A stretch of 64,000 nucleotides of DNA, taken from assembly GCF_037042905.1 (NCBI RefSeq), contig NC_087251.1:10790001-10854000 (forward strand), given 5' to 3'. A model generated the notes under the pieces. It was not told the DNA's origin, made no database searches, and saw only the letters and a program-made list of their open reading frames with translations. Shown here piece by piece: positions 12,914 to 25,900 of the stretch (positions are counted from its first letter, which is position 1; every line of letters starts with the position of its first letter). Made by a program: the position numbers and the translations under genes. This DNA comes from Lytechinus pictus (lineage: Eukaryota).

Positions 12914-13951
12914 TAAATCCCCAGAAACGACGGTTATTCCTGTCTAAAATATACCCTGCCCTGTTTGAATGTTTTTATGAGCAGTGAGGGACTCGATTTT
13001 AAGGCGCGCGAGAGCGATCGCGCGCTACATGCGCGCCTTAATCCATTTTAGGTAGCGCGATTAATAGCGCGCCTCGCGATCGCTGAGCTGCGCAGAAATG
13101 CCTAAAGTCCCCCTCGAAATCACCCAAAATCATTGCCGAGTGATAACAACTCAACGGCCATGTTCGAGATCCGCTTACCATTTAAAAATCATCCAATATT
13201 CCACACTCAAATTCATGAATAAGCCTTGAAAATAGCGAGGAGCGCAGTTTCAAATTCCGAAGTTGCGTCTTTTTTTCTGTACCACGTATTTCCATACACA
13301 TGGTACCATACCAGATATGGAAAAAAAAAATCAACGCAACGGTCGGGAAACAGTTGCATGTATAGGGTCCATTATGACTATACCACGCACGTGCACCATG
13401 TGCAATATCTAATGCACATGTTTCCCCTACAGATATCACAATTCAGAGTCTAGTAACCTAGCATTGGTGAGTTGTCATTCGGCTTTGCTTTTCAAAACGG
13501 CCTATTAACATCCAAAATAAGTTACCTTATTTATTAATTATAACTAAAAAATCATTTATTTTCTTTTTCTAGGGGATGAGGTAAATATCAGAAAATAAAT
13601 CATCAAACAAAGCTCCATCTATTTTACAAGGCCGGCGGCAGGCTCACGCACGAACGCATTGGCGCATGTAGCCAGTCGGAGCTCTGTCTCTCTGCCAGAG
13701 CTCTGGGGGACAATTCGCTCAGTAAAGGCCTCAATGATGGTGATTTTCTGTTTCAGACAGAGTTTACATTTCAGGTATATTATTCAAAACTGCCAATAAA
13801 GTTTGATGATTTCTTCATTGTCATGTATATTTAAGTTCTTAATGAATACATTCTCACCGAATTTAGACTCCCCCATAGAGAAATGCAATTTTCGTGGAGA
13901 TCTGCGTTTTCAAAGAACTTCAGGAAAAGTTAGGGTATGTGGGCCTTTATT

Positions 13952-14226
13952 ACATGTACATGGCCGAGTACAGGGTATTGTACTGGAATAGACGGAGTAG
14001 AAATTAGATATTGAATTCATTTATATCCAAGTCCAACTCACAGTCACACACACACACACAGTGCCACACACCCACATCCAAGATTCTAAGCATGAAACAT
14101 GTACATGGCCGAGTACAGGGTATTGTACTGGAATAGACGGAGTAGAAATTAGATATTGAATTCATTTATATCCAAGTCCAACTCACAGTCACACACACAC
14201 CCACATCCAAGATTCTAAGCATGAAA
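13952..14226. repeat. tandem duplication, ~145-bp unit x2
   Basis: ACATGTACATGGCCGAGTACAGGG... at 13952 and 14097; copies differ mainly in a CA run. Confidence 0.9.
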
Positions 14227-15406
14227 AAATAACTTTAAAAATCATACAATATTTAACAAAAAGTAATAATTCATTAATAAATAATTCCTGAAAATACAAA
14301 AAAGTAGCATTTAAAAAGAGCCCCCGAAATGCAAAATTAGCCCCAAAATTTGACCAAAAAATAAAAAAATGGAGCCCCCGAAAAAAAAAAATTGTCAGTG
14401 ACTTAACTTTTAGCCAAAGTCAAAACCTCACTCAAACAGGTTTTACAATCTAATTACAATACATTGTAAAACAATTATAAATATTGCTTGCATATTCAAT
14501 TGTTTCCTTCCTTTGGTTGTTGATTGTAACTTAATACATATATTTCCTCCATCTGTTTTGTTAATTGGACAAAAAGCTCCCCTTGTATGTTGAAGAAGAG
14601 CTTTTTGCAGTGCTCCTCTACCGCTCTCCTTAAAAGTTCTAGGAGAGCTTTTTATTGCTCCCCTCACAATTATAAAACTGAGTCCCTCAGCACCCACAAC
14701 ACGACACCATACCACTGTATGAAACAAAGTGTCACTTGCAGTGGAACAATGCAGTCTAAGGTGGGTGCTCAAGCATGCAGACAGGTACCGGAAGCTATTA
14801 TGTGGATACATGAATAAATTAAGTGAATGAATTAAATTGACTCCACCTCCAAAGAGTAATAATTAAGACCTCAGTGTACAAAATACACCTTAGAGCCGCC
14901 ATCCAGTAAGAGAAGCCACACCTACCAGGACCACCATGCCAAACCATGCCACTATATGCCTATGACCTGTCATAAGCACAAAGGCACAACCCGACATGAC
15001 AATCCCAACAAATATGACCCCTCCCACCAGATGGCAGCTCCAAAGCGTTCTCTGAAACTAAAGAGGTTCAGAGAAATGTAAATAAGAAAGTATTTGCAGC
15101 AAATCTCAAATGATGATATTTGTAAATTGCTGAAAAGTCTGCAAATCCATTTTCGGAACACCTCCTCGTCTTGTTTTGTTCTGTGTATATATGTTGTATC
15201 TACTTGTGTTCTGTGTATATACGTTGTATCTACTTGTGTGTAAACCATTGAAAAGGAATTTCCTTTATGGACAATAAAGTTATTCAATTCAATTCAAAAG
15301 CATGCAATATCAATATAATTAGCCCCATCATACCCTCTGTTGTAAATTTCGATTTTTTTTTTCAAGCTAAAGAATATAGTTAACAAAAAAAAACACACCA
15401 AGAATA

Positions 15407-17075
15407 GTAGGGGAGACCGGGGTTAGTTGGAACGCAGGGTAAGTTGAAACATTGTAATTTTCTTTAACGTCTTTAAATAAATTTCTGCAATACTGCCCTC
15501 AATTTATTGTCATTATCAACAGCCATCCACCACATTACAGACAACACATGTGCAACAAGCGTGGTGAAGTTAGAAAGGAATTTTTGTTTTTTGACCTTCT
15601 GAGTAATTTTTTTCTCTTTCAGAAATGTTTTATTATCTCAGAGAAGTTTATAGATCAAGTTGGCCAGTTTGGGGGTATGATAGACACTTGTACCAAGCTA
15701 CAAAATTAGGTTATTAATAGGCCTATGCCATGGTGAAGTCCCTTTTTGTGCTGTAAGCTTATAAACATCAAATGGGCCTCCGGGGTTAGTTGGAACAAAA
15801 TTGAAGGGGCTAGTTGGAACATGTTCCAACTTACCCCAAACGTAATTATGAATAAAAACATTGGATATGAGAAAAAAATATATAAAGTGTTTCACACTCT
15901 TCTGAATATGTATTGTATACCATGCTTGTTTTGTTTATCAGTTAGATCTGAGTGTGCATTTAAGGCCTATTGTAGGCCCCTAAAGCAATATTAACCCTTA
16001 TCAAACTGGGGGGGGGGTCAATTTGACCCCCCCCCTCGAGAAATTTCGTCACTACGCTGTCGCGCAAATTTTTTTGACTACACTGTTCACTGACTTTTTA
16101 CTTTCAAGTCTTGCACATCATTTGAGACCAAATTTGCGATGCCTGTGTGCGCGGTTTCGAAATTACGCAACATTTTGTACGTGCATGTAGGACCCAAAAT
16201 TGCTAAAAAACATGATTCCATGTACAAGGTCAATGCAAATTGTGTTTTTCAACCAAAAGTCATAAATGTATGATTATTTTTTACTTTTGTTGGTTCAAAA
16301 AGATTTATTTTATGCTATTTATGATCGCAAAAGAGTCCTGACAAAGTTCATCGGAAAAAACAAAGGTTCGAAAAATAAAAAAATACAAATAAAAAAATAC
16401 ATAAGAAATTATATTTTTGCAATTTTTGGTGGATATTTGTTATAAATGTGAAAATTGATACCAAACATTAGCATTCTACTAGCTTAATAAATAGAGTTAA
16501 AGGCAAAAACATTAATAAAAAACAAATTAAGGGCAAATATCATATATGCTTATTTGCATAATTAATTAATGAAAAAATATAAACAATTAATTTTTGTCTT
16601 GTAAATTTGATGCAGAAGTACATGAAATTGCTGATAGTACACTTAATTGCATGTAAACTCGAACGCACCCAAATATGCGGAATTCTACTACAGTCTGCTT
16701 GCGTGAGTGGCTGTATAATAGAAAACATAAAGTTCAACAAATCCACACTTCAAATATTTTGAACTTGAAAAAAAAAAACATGTAATATTACAGTTTTAGA
16801 AGTTTATTTCTTAATTGATCATGCAGTGTTCCAACTTACCCCATACCATGTTGCAACTTACCCCGTATTGGGGTAAGTTGGAACGTTTGCGATGGTCTTG
16901 TTCAAGGTGGATTTTTTCAGTAACCATAATAGAGTTTAAAAAATTTATGGGGTACATTTGAAGCCCTTAGATATATGCTTCAAGCTGATATATTGATTGT
17001 TTCTTGAATAAAATCTATTTGGATTTTACAGCCATTTTTGTCAAAAATGTTCCAACTAACCCCGGTCTCCCCTAC
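15407..17075. mobile_element. TA-flanked non-autonomous DNA transposon (Tc1/mariner-like) with a probable nested piggyBac-like fragment from 15995
   Basis: TIR GTAGGGGAGACCGGGGTTAGTTGGAAC, TA on both sides, internal GGGGT(T/A)AGTTGGAAC repeats; TTAA-CCCT at 15991 has no clear right end. Confidence 0.75.
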
Positions 17076-17362
17076 TAATTAAATGCCATATTTAATTGAG
17101 ACATGTTTTTTCTTTCATCTTGCGTTGTAGGTAGCCTATATCAGATAATTGTTTCATGTCAAGCTCAGCTCTGTAGGCTATAGTATTGCTGAAATTGTCT
17201 CACTTTCAAAACAGTTGGATAATGAGTCAGAGCATGGATCATCTATTATATTTTATTTCTTTTGTTCCTGGGCACTTGGAGCACGTCCTGGGTTCATTCA
17301 TGGACCTATGGTTTATTGGAGCATATTACTCTCATGGACCTTTAGGTCCATGCTTTTCTTCA

Positions 17363-17947
17363 AGGGATGGTCCGGGCTGAAATTATGGAAAGCTTAATAA
17401 ATAGAGTAGAATTCACTGAGCAAAATGCCGAAATTTTCATCAAAATCGGATAACAAATAACTAAGTTATTGAATTTTAAAGTTTAGCAATATTTTGTGAA
17501 AACAGTCGTCATGAATATTCATTAGGTGGGCTGATGATGTCACATCTCCACTTGTTCTTTGTAATTTATTATACGAAATTAGGTTTATTCAAATTTTTTT
17601 CCTCCAAGAACTAGAAAAATTGGATTGACAACTGATTTAGTGCATTAGATATTTATTGCTGCAACTTATTTCATTATATAAGGGAGACATATTATTCACA
17701 CAAGAATGAAATAATGAAAAAATTATGATTTTATGTAATAACATAAGAAAACGGAAAGTGGAGATGTGACATCATCAGCCCACCTAATGAATATTCATGA
17801 CGACTGTTTTCACAAAATATTGCTAAACTTTAAACTTCAATTACTTTATTATGTGTTATCCGATTTTGATGAAATTTTCGGCATTTTGCTCAGTGAATTC
17901 TACTCTATGTATTAAAGATATAAATATTTTCAGCCCGGACCATCCCT
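17363..17947. mobile_element. Kolobok-like palindromic MITE
   Basis: AGGGATGGTCCGGGCTGAAA TIR with long inverted arms; TTCA/TTAA flanks. Confidence 0.8.
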
Positions 17948-18401
17948 TTAAGTTCAATATATTCTGTTGTTCCTTCACTGACTAGTATGAACACATTTAC
18001 AACATGTTGGTTAATCTATATATCTTGGATCAACTTCTGACATCACAATCTGAAAGATGTGGCCCATTTTAGAGCATTTTAATGCTAGTAAGAGAATGTT
18101 GCTGTGCGGCAGATACAGGTTGTTTTCTCTTAATCCACACCAAACCCATAGGGGAATGGGTATACACGTCCTGCCTAAATTTCAGGTGGAGGGGGCAGTC
18201 CCCCCTAAAAAAGAAAGAAAAAAGAGAGAAGGAAAGAAAAGAAAGGAAGGAAGGAAGAAAAGAAATAGAGGAAAAAGAAAGGAAAAAGAAAGAAGAAAGA
18301 AAATTGAAAGGAAATACAGAAAAAAAGAAGAGACGAAAGGAAAGGAAAAGATCTATAACAATTTTACTGAACAGCTAAAACAAGAAAAATTGAAACCTAT
18401 A

Positions 18402-18521
18402 CACTAAAAAACAAAGAGCTAATTTAGCTCTTAAAAAAAGTACTAGACATATCAGCACTCCGAAGTGCAGTCACTATACACACTCTTTAAGAGCTAAATT
18501 AGCTCTTCGTTTTTAAGAGTG
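18402..18521. mobile_element. short CACT-ended MITE (EnSpm/CACTA-like)
   Basis: CACT...AGTG ends, inverted AAGAGCTAATTTAGCTCTTAA blocks, TA flanks. Confidence 0.6.
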
Positions 18522-19883
18522 TATCTATTGAATAGCGGAAAATGACAGTTTTTACTTTGGATAATACACAAATTTTAAACTTGCTAATGCAATTTTGTTC
18601 AGAAAAATATTAACAAGCAAAAAATAAAGTATATCTTGGAGGTGACTCTACACCCTGGCTTCCCAGGGTTATATGTTCATTTCAGGAATTTGTTTATTAC
18701 CCTTCATAATGCAGTGTTATAAGAACGAATAGTAGTGAAAAGACTGGAAACACATATTGAAAGAAATAGATTTGAATCTGAAATATTATTTCAGTAGATG
18801 TGTAATAATTAGCTTATTTGAATGAGCCTGTGCCTATGAATGTTTTTAACAGGAATACATTTTTTCACAGAAATGCTGTGGATCATCATCATCATCAAAA
18901 TGCGCGCGAATTTCTAAGCTCACTCTCTGTGCTAGCTCACATTTCCCTTCTCAAATACCTCATTTCCCAAATTTAAATTTGATTCAGATTATTGCATTAA
19001 AGAGATTGTTAAACAATCCGGAGATAGACACGTACAAAGTTTAAAGAATATAGAAAAAAAATTATAAAATGAATAGATACTTGCGAATTAACAAAATGTA
19101 ATCAAATAAGAACTATCAAAATTATTAAGAGTACAATTAAATATTGCACTTAATGTTTAAATACATCGTCAGTGAAAAAAAAAGCTTTTCCCATTTTATA
19201 TATATCTAAAAAAACAAAACAAAACATTGTTATTGGTTGTTGCCTGTTGTCTGGTTTTTGTATACATGTACATTATATATAGGTTTTGTATTACTCAGTT
19301 TACTTTGTTATGATTGATTATTATTGGCATTATATTCATATATTTACTACATATAATATTTATCATAAAAGTTATTGTCAAAGACATTAAGCCCTTATGA
19401 TGTGACAGAAACATGTATAAAACTATCCCACTGCTGCCACCATTTGACTCTGTATTGATCAAGAAGCAAGATTTGCAATGAACTGGGAACAGTTTCATTG
19501 CACACTTCTTTTATTATATAATCTTTATCTGGCATTTGAAATAGTGCATTTATGAGCATCACAGATGTTCTGCCTGGCCATTCTATGATTTTAAATGCCT
19601 CATTTGCATATAGGGTTTTGACAAAACATTTAATTATGGCATATTTTAAGTTTGTATACAGATATGTTCCCATAAAACTAGCAGAATTTTACATGTTTTT
19701 GGAGAAATTCAAATCACAGATTATATATAATAGGCCTATACATGTAGATTGATTACCAAATTTGTCCCTTTTTCTTTTCCCAGTATTTCTTTTATTGAAA
19801 GAAAATGTTTTTCAAATGTAATTTTGAACTTCTTTCATGTTGTGCATTTTGTATTGATTACTTTTCTCTTTGTATTCTCAAAG

Positions 19884-19977
19884 GCATCAGATTTGGCAAT
19901 TATCATATTTCAAGCGAAAGGGGATCAAAGGACCTATACCTCTTCCATTTGTTGGAAATTCTTTTGACTTATTTCAA
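19884..19977 (+). CDS. CYP exon (equivalent to CYP3A exon 2)
   Basis: ag|[32 protein letters not shown]|gtaagt. Confidence 0.9.
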
Positions 19978-22900
19978 GTAAGTAGCCTACATGCATGAGA
20001 GATGATAAAAAAGATGTTTTTTATGTTTGCATTCTTGTGAATTTTAAAGGCTAGTTTTTCATTTTATATTAATAATACCTTATACCTCAGTCACATTTGC
20101 TCTATCGCGGCTGTACGGCAAGTCGAAAATGGCTGTTTTATTCATTTTTATTCAAACCACCTATAATGTAGGTAGCTATTACAAAATCAAAATGTTATAG
20201 AGGCCTAACGGCTGTTTTCAACTTGCCATACGGGCGCCATAGAGCAAATTTGGCCGAGGTATTACATGTGGTTTGACTCTTTCTTCAGACAAGGAACTTT
20301 AATGGGAGCTGGAGTTGCCCAAAATCCATTCTCTTCAAAGTCATGTTTGATACCGCAACTATATATTAAACATGTAGGCTACTCATATGGATTTGCCTTG
20401 CAGATTTTAGATGAAAAATTCCTGCCTGTCTGCAGACTTACTGGCCAGTTAAAAAGGGAAACATACTTTTGTATAAATAATAATTACTTTTTATGAAAAA
20501 TGGTTGGATGAAATGGAATTTCATTTTGCTGAATCTTGCAGGGACAAGCACAAATACAATGGTGCACTACTTCTTGAAATATTATACATAACTTGAATGG
20601 AAGAGTACAGTGTATGTCCACAATTGTGGTGCAAAACATCACAAGTACTATTCCAACAATCACAGCTTTAATTTTTGCCTGCTGGAAGTCATCAGAAGTG
20701 TGTCAAAATACAGAATACAGAATTTGTAAGTTTTACACAAGCTAAATTTCGGGGCACAACACACTGGCTTTGATACTCATATCTGTTCTTAATGTATCCA
20801 TGTTTTGCATTCAAATAAAACCAGAAATATTGCCAATAATTATAATATATTATTTTCAATACCAATCTCTTGCATTTTGTCCCAGAAACTGGCTGCTTCA
20901 CACATGTTTGTCCAATGCTGCATTATTTGATTTTTGTCTCACCTGCATAGCAGAGTGAGACTATAGGCGCTGCTTTTCCGACGGCGACGGCGGCGGCGGC
21001 GTCAACACCAAATCTTAACCTGAGGTTAAGTTTTTGAAATGACAGCATAACGTAGAAAGTATATGGACCTAGTTAATGAAACTTGGCCATAAGGTTAATC
21101 AAGTATTACTGAACATCCTGCCTGAGTTTCATGTCACATGACCAAGGTCAAAGGTCATTTAGGGTCAATGAACTTAGACCATGTTGGGGGAATCAACATC
21201 AAAATCTTAACCTAAGGTTAAGTTTTTGAAATGTCATCATAACTTAGAAAATATATGGACCTAGTTCATGAAACTTATACATAAGGTTAATCAAGTATCA
21301 CTGAACATCCTGCATGAGTTTCACATCACATGACCAAGGTCAAAGGTCATTTAGGGTCAATGAACTTTGGCCGAATTGGGGGTATCTGTTGAATTACCAT
21401 CATAACTTTGAAAGTTTATGGATCTGATTCATGAAACTTGGACATAATAGTAATAAAGTATTACTGAACATCCTGTGCAAGTTTCAGGTCACATGATCAA
21501 GGTCAAAGGTCATTTAGAGTCAATGAACTTTGGCCAAATTGGGGTATTTGTTGAATTACAGCCATAAATTTGAAAGTGTGTTGGTCTAGTTCATAAAACT
21601 TGGACATAATAGTAATCAAGTATCACTGAACATCCTGTGCGAGTTTCAGGTCACATGATCAAGGTCAAAGGTCATGTAAGGTCAAAGAACTTTGGCCACG
21701 TTGGGGGTATTTGTTGAATTGCCATCATATCTCTATAAGTGTATTGGTCTAGTTCATAAAACGTGGAAATAAGAGTAACCAAGTATCACTGAACATCTTG
21801 TGCGAGTTATAGTAGTTTTCAAAATCAGCACTGCTGCTATATTGAATCGCGTGATGCAGGTGAGACGGCCAGAGGCATTCCACTTGTTTTGTTGTTGTGA
21901 CTACAGTCATAACATATATTTACTTCAGAGCAGTTAAGGTCAGTTGAGTATTAGAATTTAAAAAATGTAATGTCCATAAATGTACATTACAAGACTTAAC
22001 ATTGCCATTCCTTTGATTCTGTCACAGGGCTTCCATTGGAAAAGTATAGATAATATCAAGAAATATGGAAATGTCTATGGGTAAGAATATGCCTTTTTAT
22101 TTCTTTTTATATGCCTGTCCTACGGGATGTATTATGGTATCACGCTCGGTGTCTGTCTGATCGTCCGTCTGTTAACTTTTCTTTGTAAATGCGATAACTT
22201 CAGTTTAATTAGGCTCATATAATTTGGTGTGTATGATACTAGCATGGATCTTGGGAATTCTATTGATTTTGAGGTCAAAAGGTCAAGTCGCCACCTTCAA
22301 CTTTTCTTGCTTGACCAATAACTCCATTTTCCCAAAAGGTCAAGTAGTCACCTTCAACTTTTCTTGCTTGACCAATAACTCCATTTTCCGCGTTACAGGC
22401 GGGCGTATTATGTGCTCGCCCCATCGACACTCTTGTTAAGTTATAAATAGAGAGGAAAGCTGAGATCTGGGACACAGCAGTGCACAATTCTGTTATAAGA
22501 AATACTAAGATGATGATTTCTTTGGATGACTTTTTTTAATGGAGGATGGGATTTTACTTTTGCTATGTTACAGCTTACTAACCTCAAGAAGGTATAAAGC
22601 AGATGAGATAACACAATCGATCGTATGTTCTTATTTGATATATACTTTGTTATATATATATCTGAGTAGGATTAAAAAGATACAATGTTTGTAAAATTGT
22701 CATTTTTACATTAAATGTAAGTTGTTAAATTCATCCATGTGACAATCAGATATTACCCTTTCACATGGTCATTTATACTTTTTCCCATGATTAGCACTGA
22801 TAATCAACCTGAAACATGGAAAATATCAGTTCACATTTTTATATTTCAAATTTAAGCTAAAATATATGAAGAACTGTTAAGGTATTTGGTTTAAGACTTC

Positions 22901-25900
22901 ATGAAAAAGATATTGCTTTAAGAATATCAAGTTCTCTTATAGATATTCTAATTCATTTTTGCATCTTTCTTTGTTTTTCAGCTTGTACATGTTTGGAACA
23001 CCTGCATTGTTTATTAGTGACCTTGACATGATAAAGGATATCACAGTAAAGAACTTCAGCAAGTTCATGAACCACAAGGTGAAAAGAGATATATTTTTTA
23101 AAATAAAATCTTGAGAAATGAAATGGCTCAATTATCTTACATTAGCTTTTATTAACTAACATATGGGGATGGGGGTCTACCAGATCCCCTCTATGCAGCG
23201 TAGTTCAACTCACAGGAAAAAAAAATTGCTGCAACATTTCCTGACAAGTGACGAAACCTGTGACAGGTGGATTTTCCTGTTTTGAAGTTATCCAACATAT
23301 TGCAAGTGCATGTCAGACCCAAAATTGTTCAACATCTTGATAAATTGTGCAAATTCAGTTCAAATGCTCTTTTAGCAGCATTAGTTTTACTTTTAGTGAT
23401 TAAAATGAAATAATATTATAGTGTTTATGATCAGAATGATGTGGCCAGCAAAAACTTAAGAAAATAAAATAAGAAAAAAAAATAAAAAAGGAAAGTAATA
23501 AGGGTCACAGTAATAATTCTATCTTCATCTAATTATTTTTTCAAATTCAAACAGCAATTTGTGTTGAAATCTCGACCATTTGACAAGGCAGTATCAGCAC
23601 TAAAGGACCAGCATTGGAAAGATGTTAGGAATGTCGTGACACCAACCTTCAGTGCTGTCAAAATGAAACAGGTATCTATGTCATTACCATGGAAACTGAA
23701 GTCATAAATCCTACATTAAATTCATGAATAGATTAGTCAGTGGTCTTTAGAAAGTGTATTAGTTTTTTTAGTATTGGGCATCCATCAATTCTGAATGATC
23801 ATGTTTTATATAAAAAAAAATAGCTGTGTCATAATGACATGAATATGAATTTGATGATGATGTAAATATTTTATTAGTAAATGACCGTTAAATTCATAGG
23901 TTACTTTTTCCTTCGTATTTTACTTTTGAATATATGAAATTAAAGGAGAATGAAACTCTTGGAGCAAGTTAGCTTTTGTGAAAGCAGAAAAATCAAAGAA
24001 TAAAATCAACAAAAGTTTGAGTAAAATAGGACTAGCAATAGAAGAGTTATGAGCATTTGAATGTCGAGATCACTAATGCTATGGAGATCCTCCCATTGGC
24101 AATGCGACCAAGATCTATGATGTCACAGATGAACAACTCTCCCCTTTTGGACACTGAAAATATACCCCAAAACATCTCTTTTTGCTCATTCTAATCATAT
24201 GACAAACGATTCATCAATGATATAATGTTGTGAAACCTCTGTACTTGTCCTCTCATAAACAGAACACCTCACCTTGTGATAGACTCTATAAAAGTGAGAA
24301 TATAAGTGAAATAAGTACTAAAGTAATGAGGGAGTTGTACGTTTGTGACATCACAGATCTTGGTCGCATTGCCAATGGGAGGATCTACATGGCATTAGTG
24401 ATCTCAATATTCAAATGCTCATAACTTTCTTATTATTCATTCAATCTTCCTCAAACTTTCAACAATATGTTTCTTTGATTTTTCTCTTTGATATGGATTC
24501 AGCTGGTTTCAAGGGTTTCATTCTCCTTTAAGCAAGTTTACTTTTTCCAGTGCAGACATTGTTTCCAGTGGAAATATATTTTTTTTCCAGGAGGTATGGT
24601 ATGAGGCGCCGATTGTACCAATATTATATAGAACAATTATTTGTTATATAATCATTATTTATTAAATAATAACTATTATTTATATATACATGTAATTTAC
24701 ATTTTATTTGTAAATAATTACTATTATATAAAATAACATTTCTAATTATTTATATATAATTCCAAGTAATACTTCATTATTTGTAAATAATAATAGTTTT
24801 ACATTCCATTATTTATAAATAATGATTATTTGTTTTTCATTATTTATAAATAATGATTATTTGATTTTCATTATTTATAAATAATGATTATTTGTTTTCA
24901 TTATTTATAAATAATGATTGTTTTTCATTATTTATAAATAATTTTTATTTGTTTTTCATTATTTATGAATAATGATTATTTGTTTTTCATTATTTACAAA
25001 TAATGATTATTTGTCTTTTATTATTTATAAATAATGATTTTCGTTTTTCATTATTTATAAATAATGACACTACATACTTCGTTATTTATAAATAATTGCA
25101 ATTTTTTTTCCATTATTTATAAATAAGTTTTCTATTATTTATAAATAATAATTATTTATTAACAATGCCAGTGCACATTTCTTTATTTATAAATAATTTG
25201 TTGAGTTTCCCATTATTTATAAATAATTTTTATTTGTTTTTCATTACTTATAAATAATGATTATTTGTTTTTCATTATTTATAAATAATGATTATTTGTC
25301 TTTTATTATTTATAAATAATGATTTTCGTTTTTCATTATTTATAAATAATGACACTACATACTTCGTTATTTATAAATAATTGCAATTCGTTTTTCCATT
25401 ATTTATAAATAAGTTTTCTATTATTTATAAATAATAATTATTTATTAAAGGACAAGTCCACCCCAACAAAAAGATGATTTGAATAAAAAGAGAAAAATCC
25501 AAGAAGCACAACACTGAAAATTTCATCAAAATCGGATGTAAAATAAGAAAGTTATGACATTTTTAAGTTTCGCTCAATTTCATAAAATAGTTATATGCAC
25601 ATCTGAGTCGGTATGCAAATGAGGGAACTGATGACATCACTCACTCACTATTTCTTTTGTATTTTATTATATGAAATATGAAATATTCTAATTTTCTCCT
25701 CATTGTCCTGTGAAACAAAATTTAATTTCGCCCTGAACATGTGGAATTACCCTTGTTTAACATTTTATGGTTCAGTCAAATTGGTCCTTATTGTCAAATC
25801 TGTAAGAATTGAAATATTGTATATTTCAAACAATAAAAAACAAAAGAAATAGTGAGTGAGGGACATCATCGATTCTCTGATTTGCATGTGACTAAATTGT

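Noticed and set aside
18057..18407. Lys/Arg/Glu-rich ORFs
   Set aside because: Translation of a purine-rich low-complexity tract
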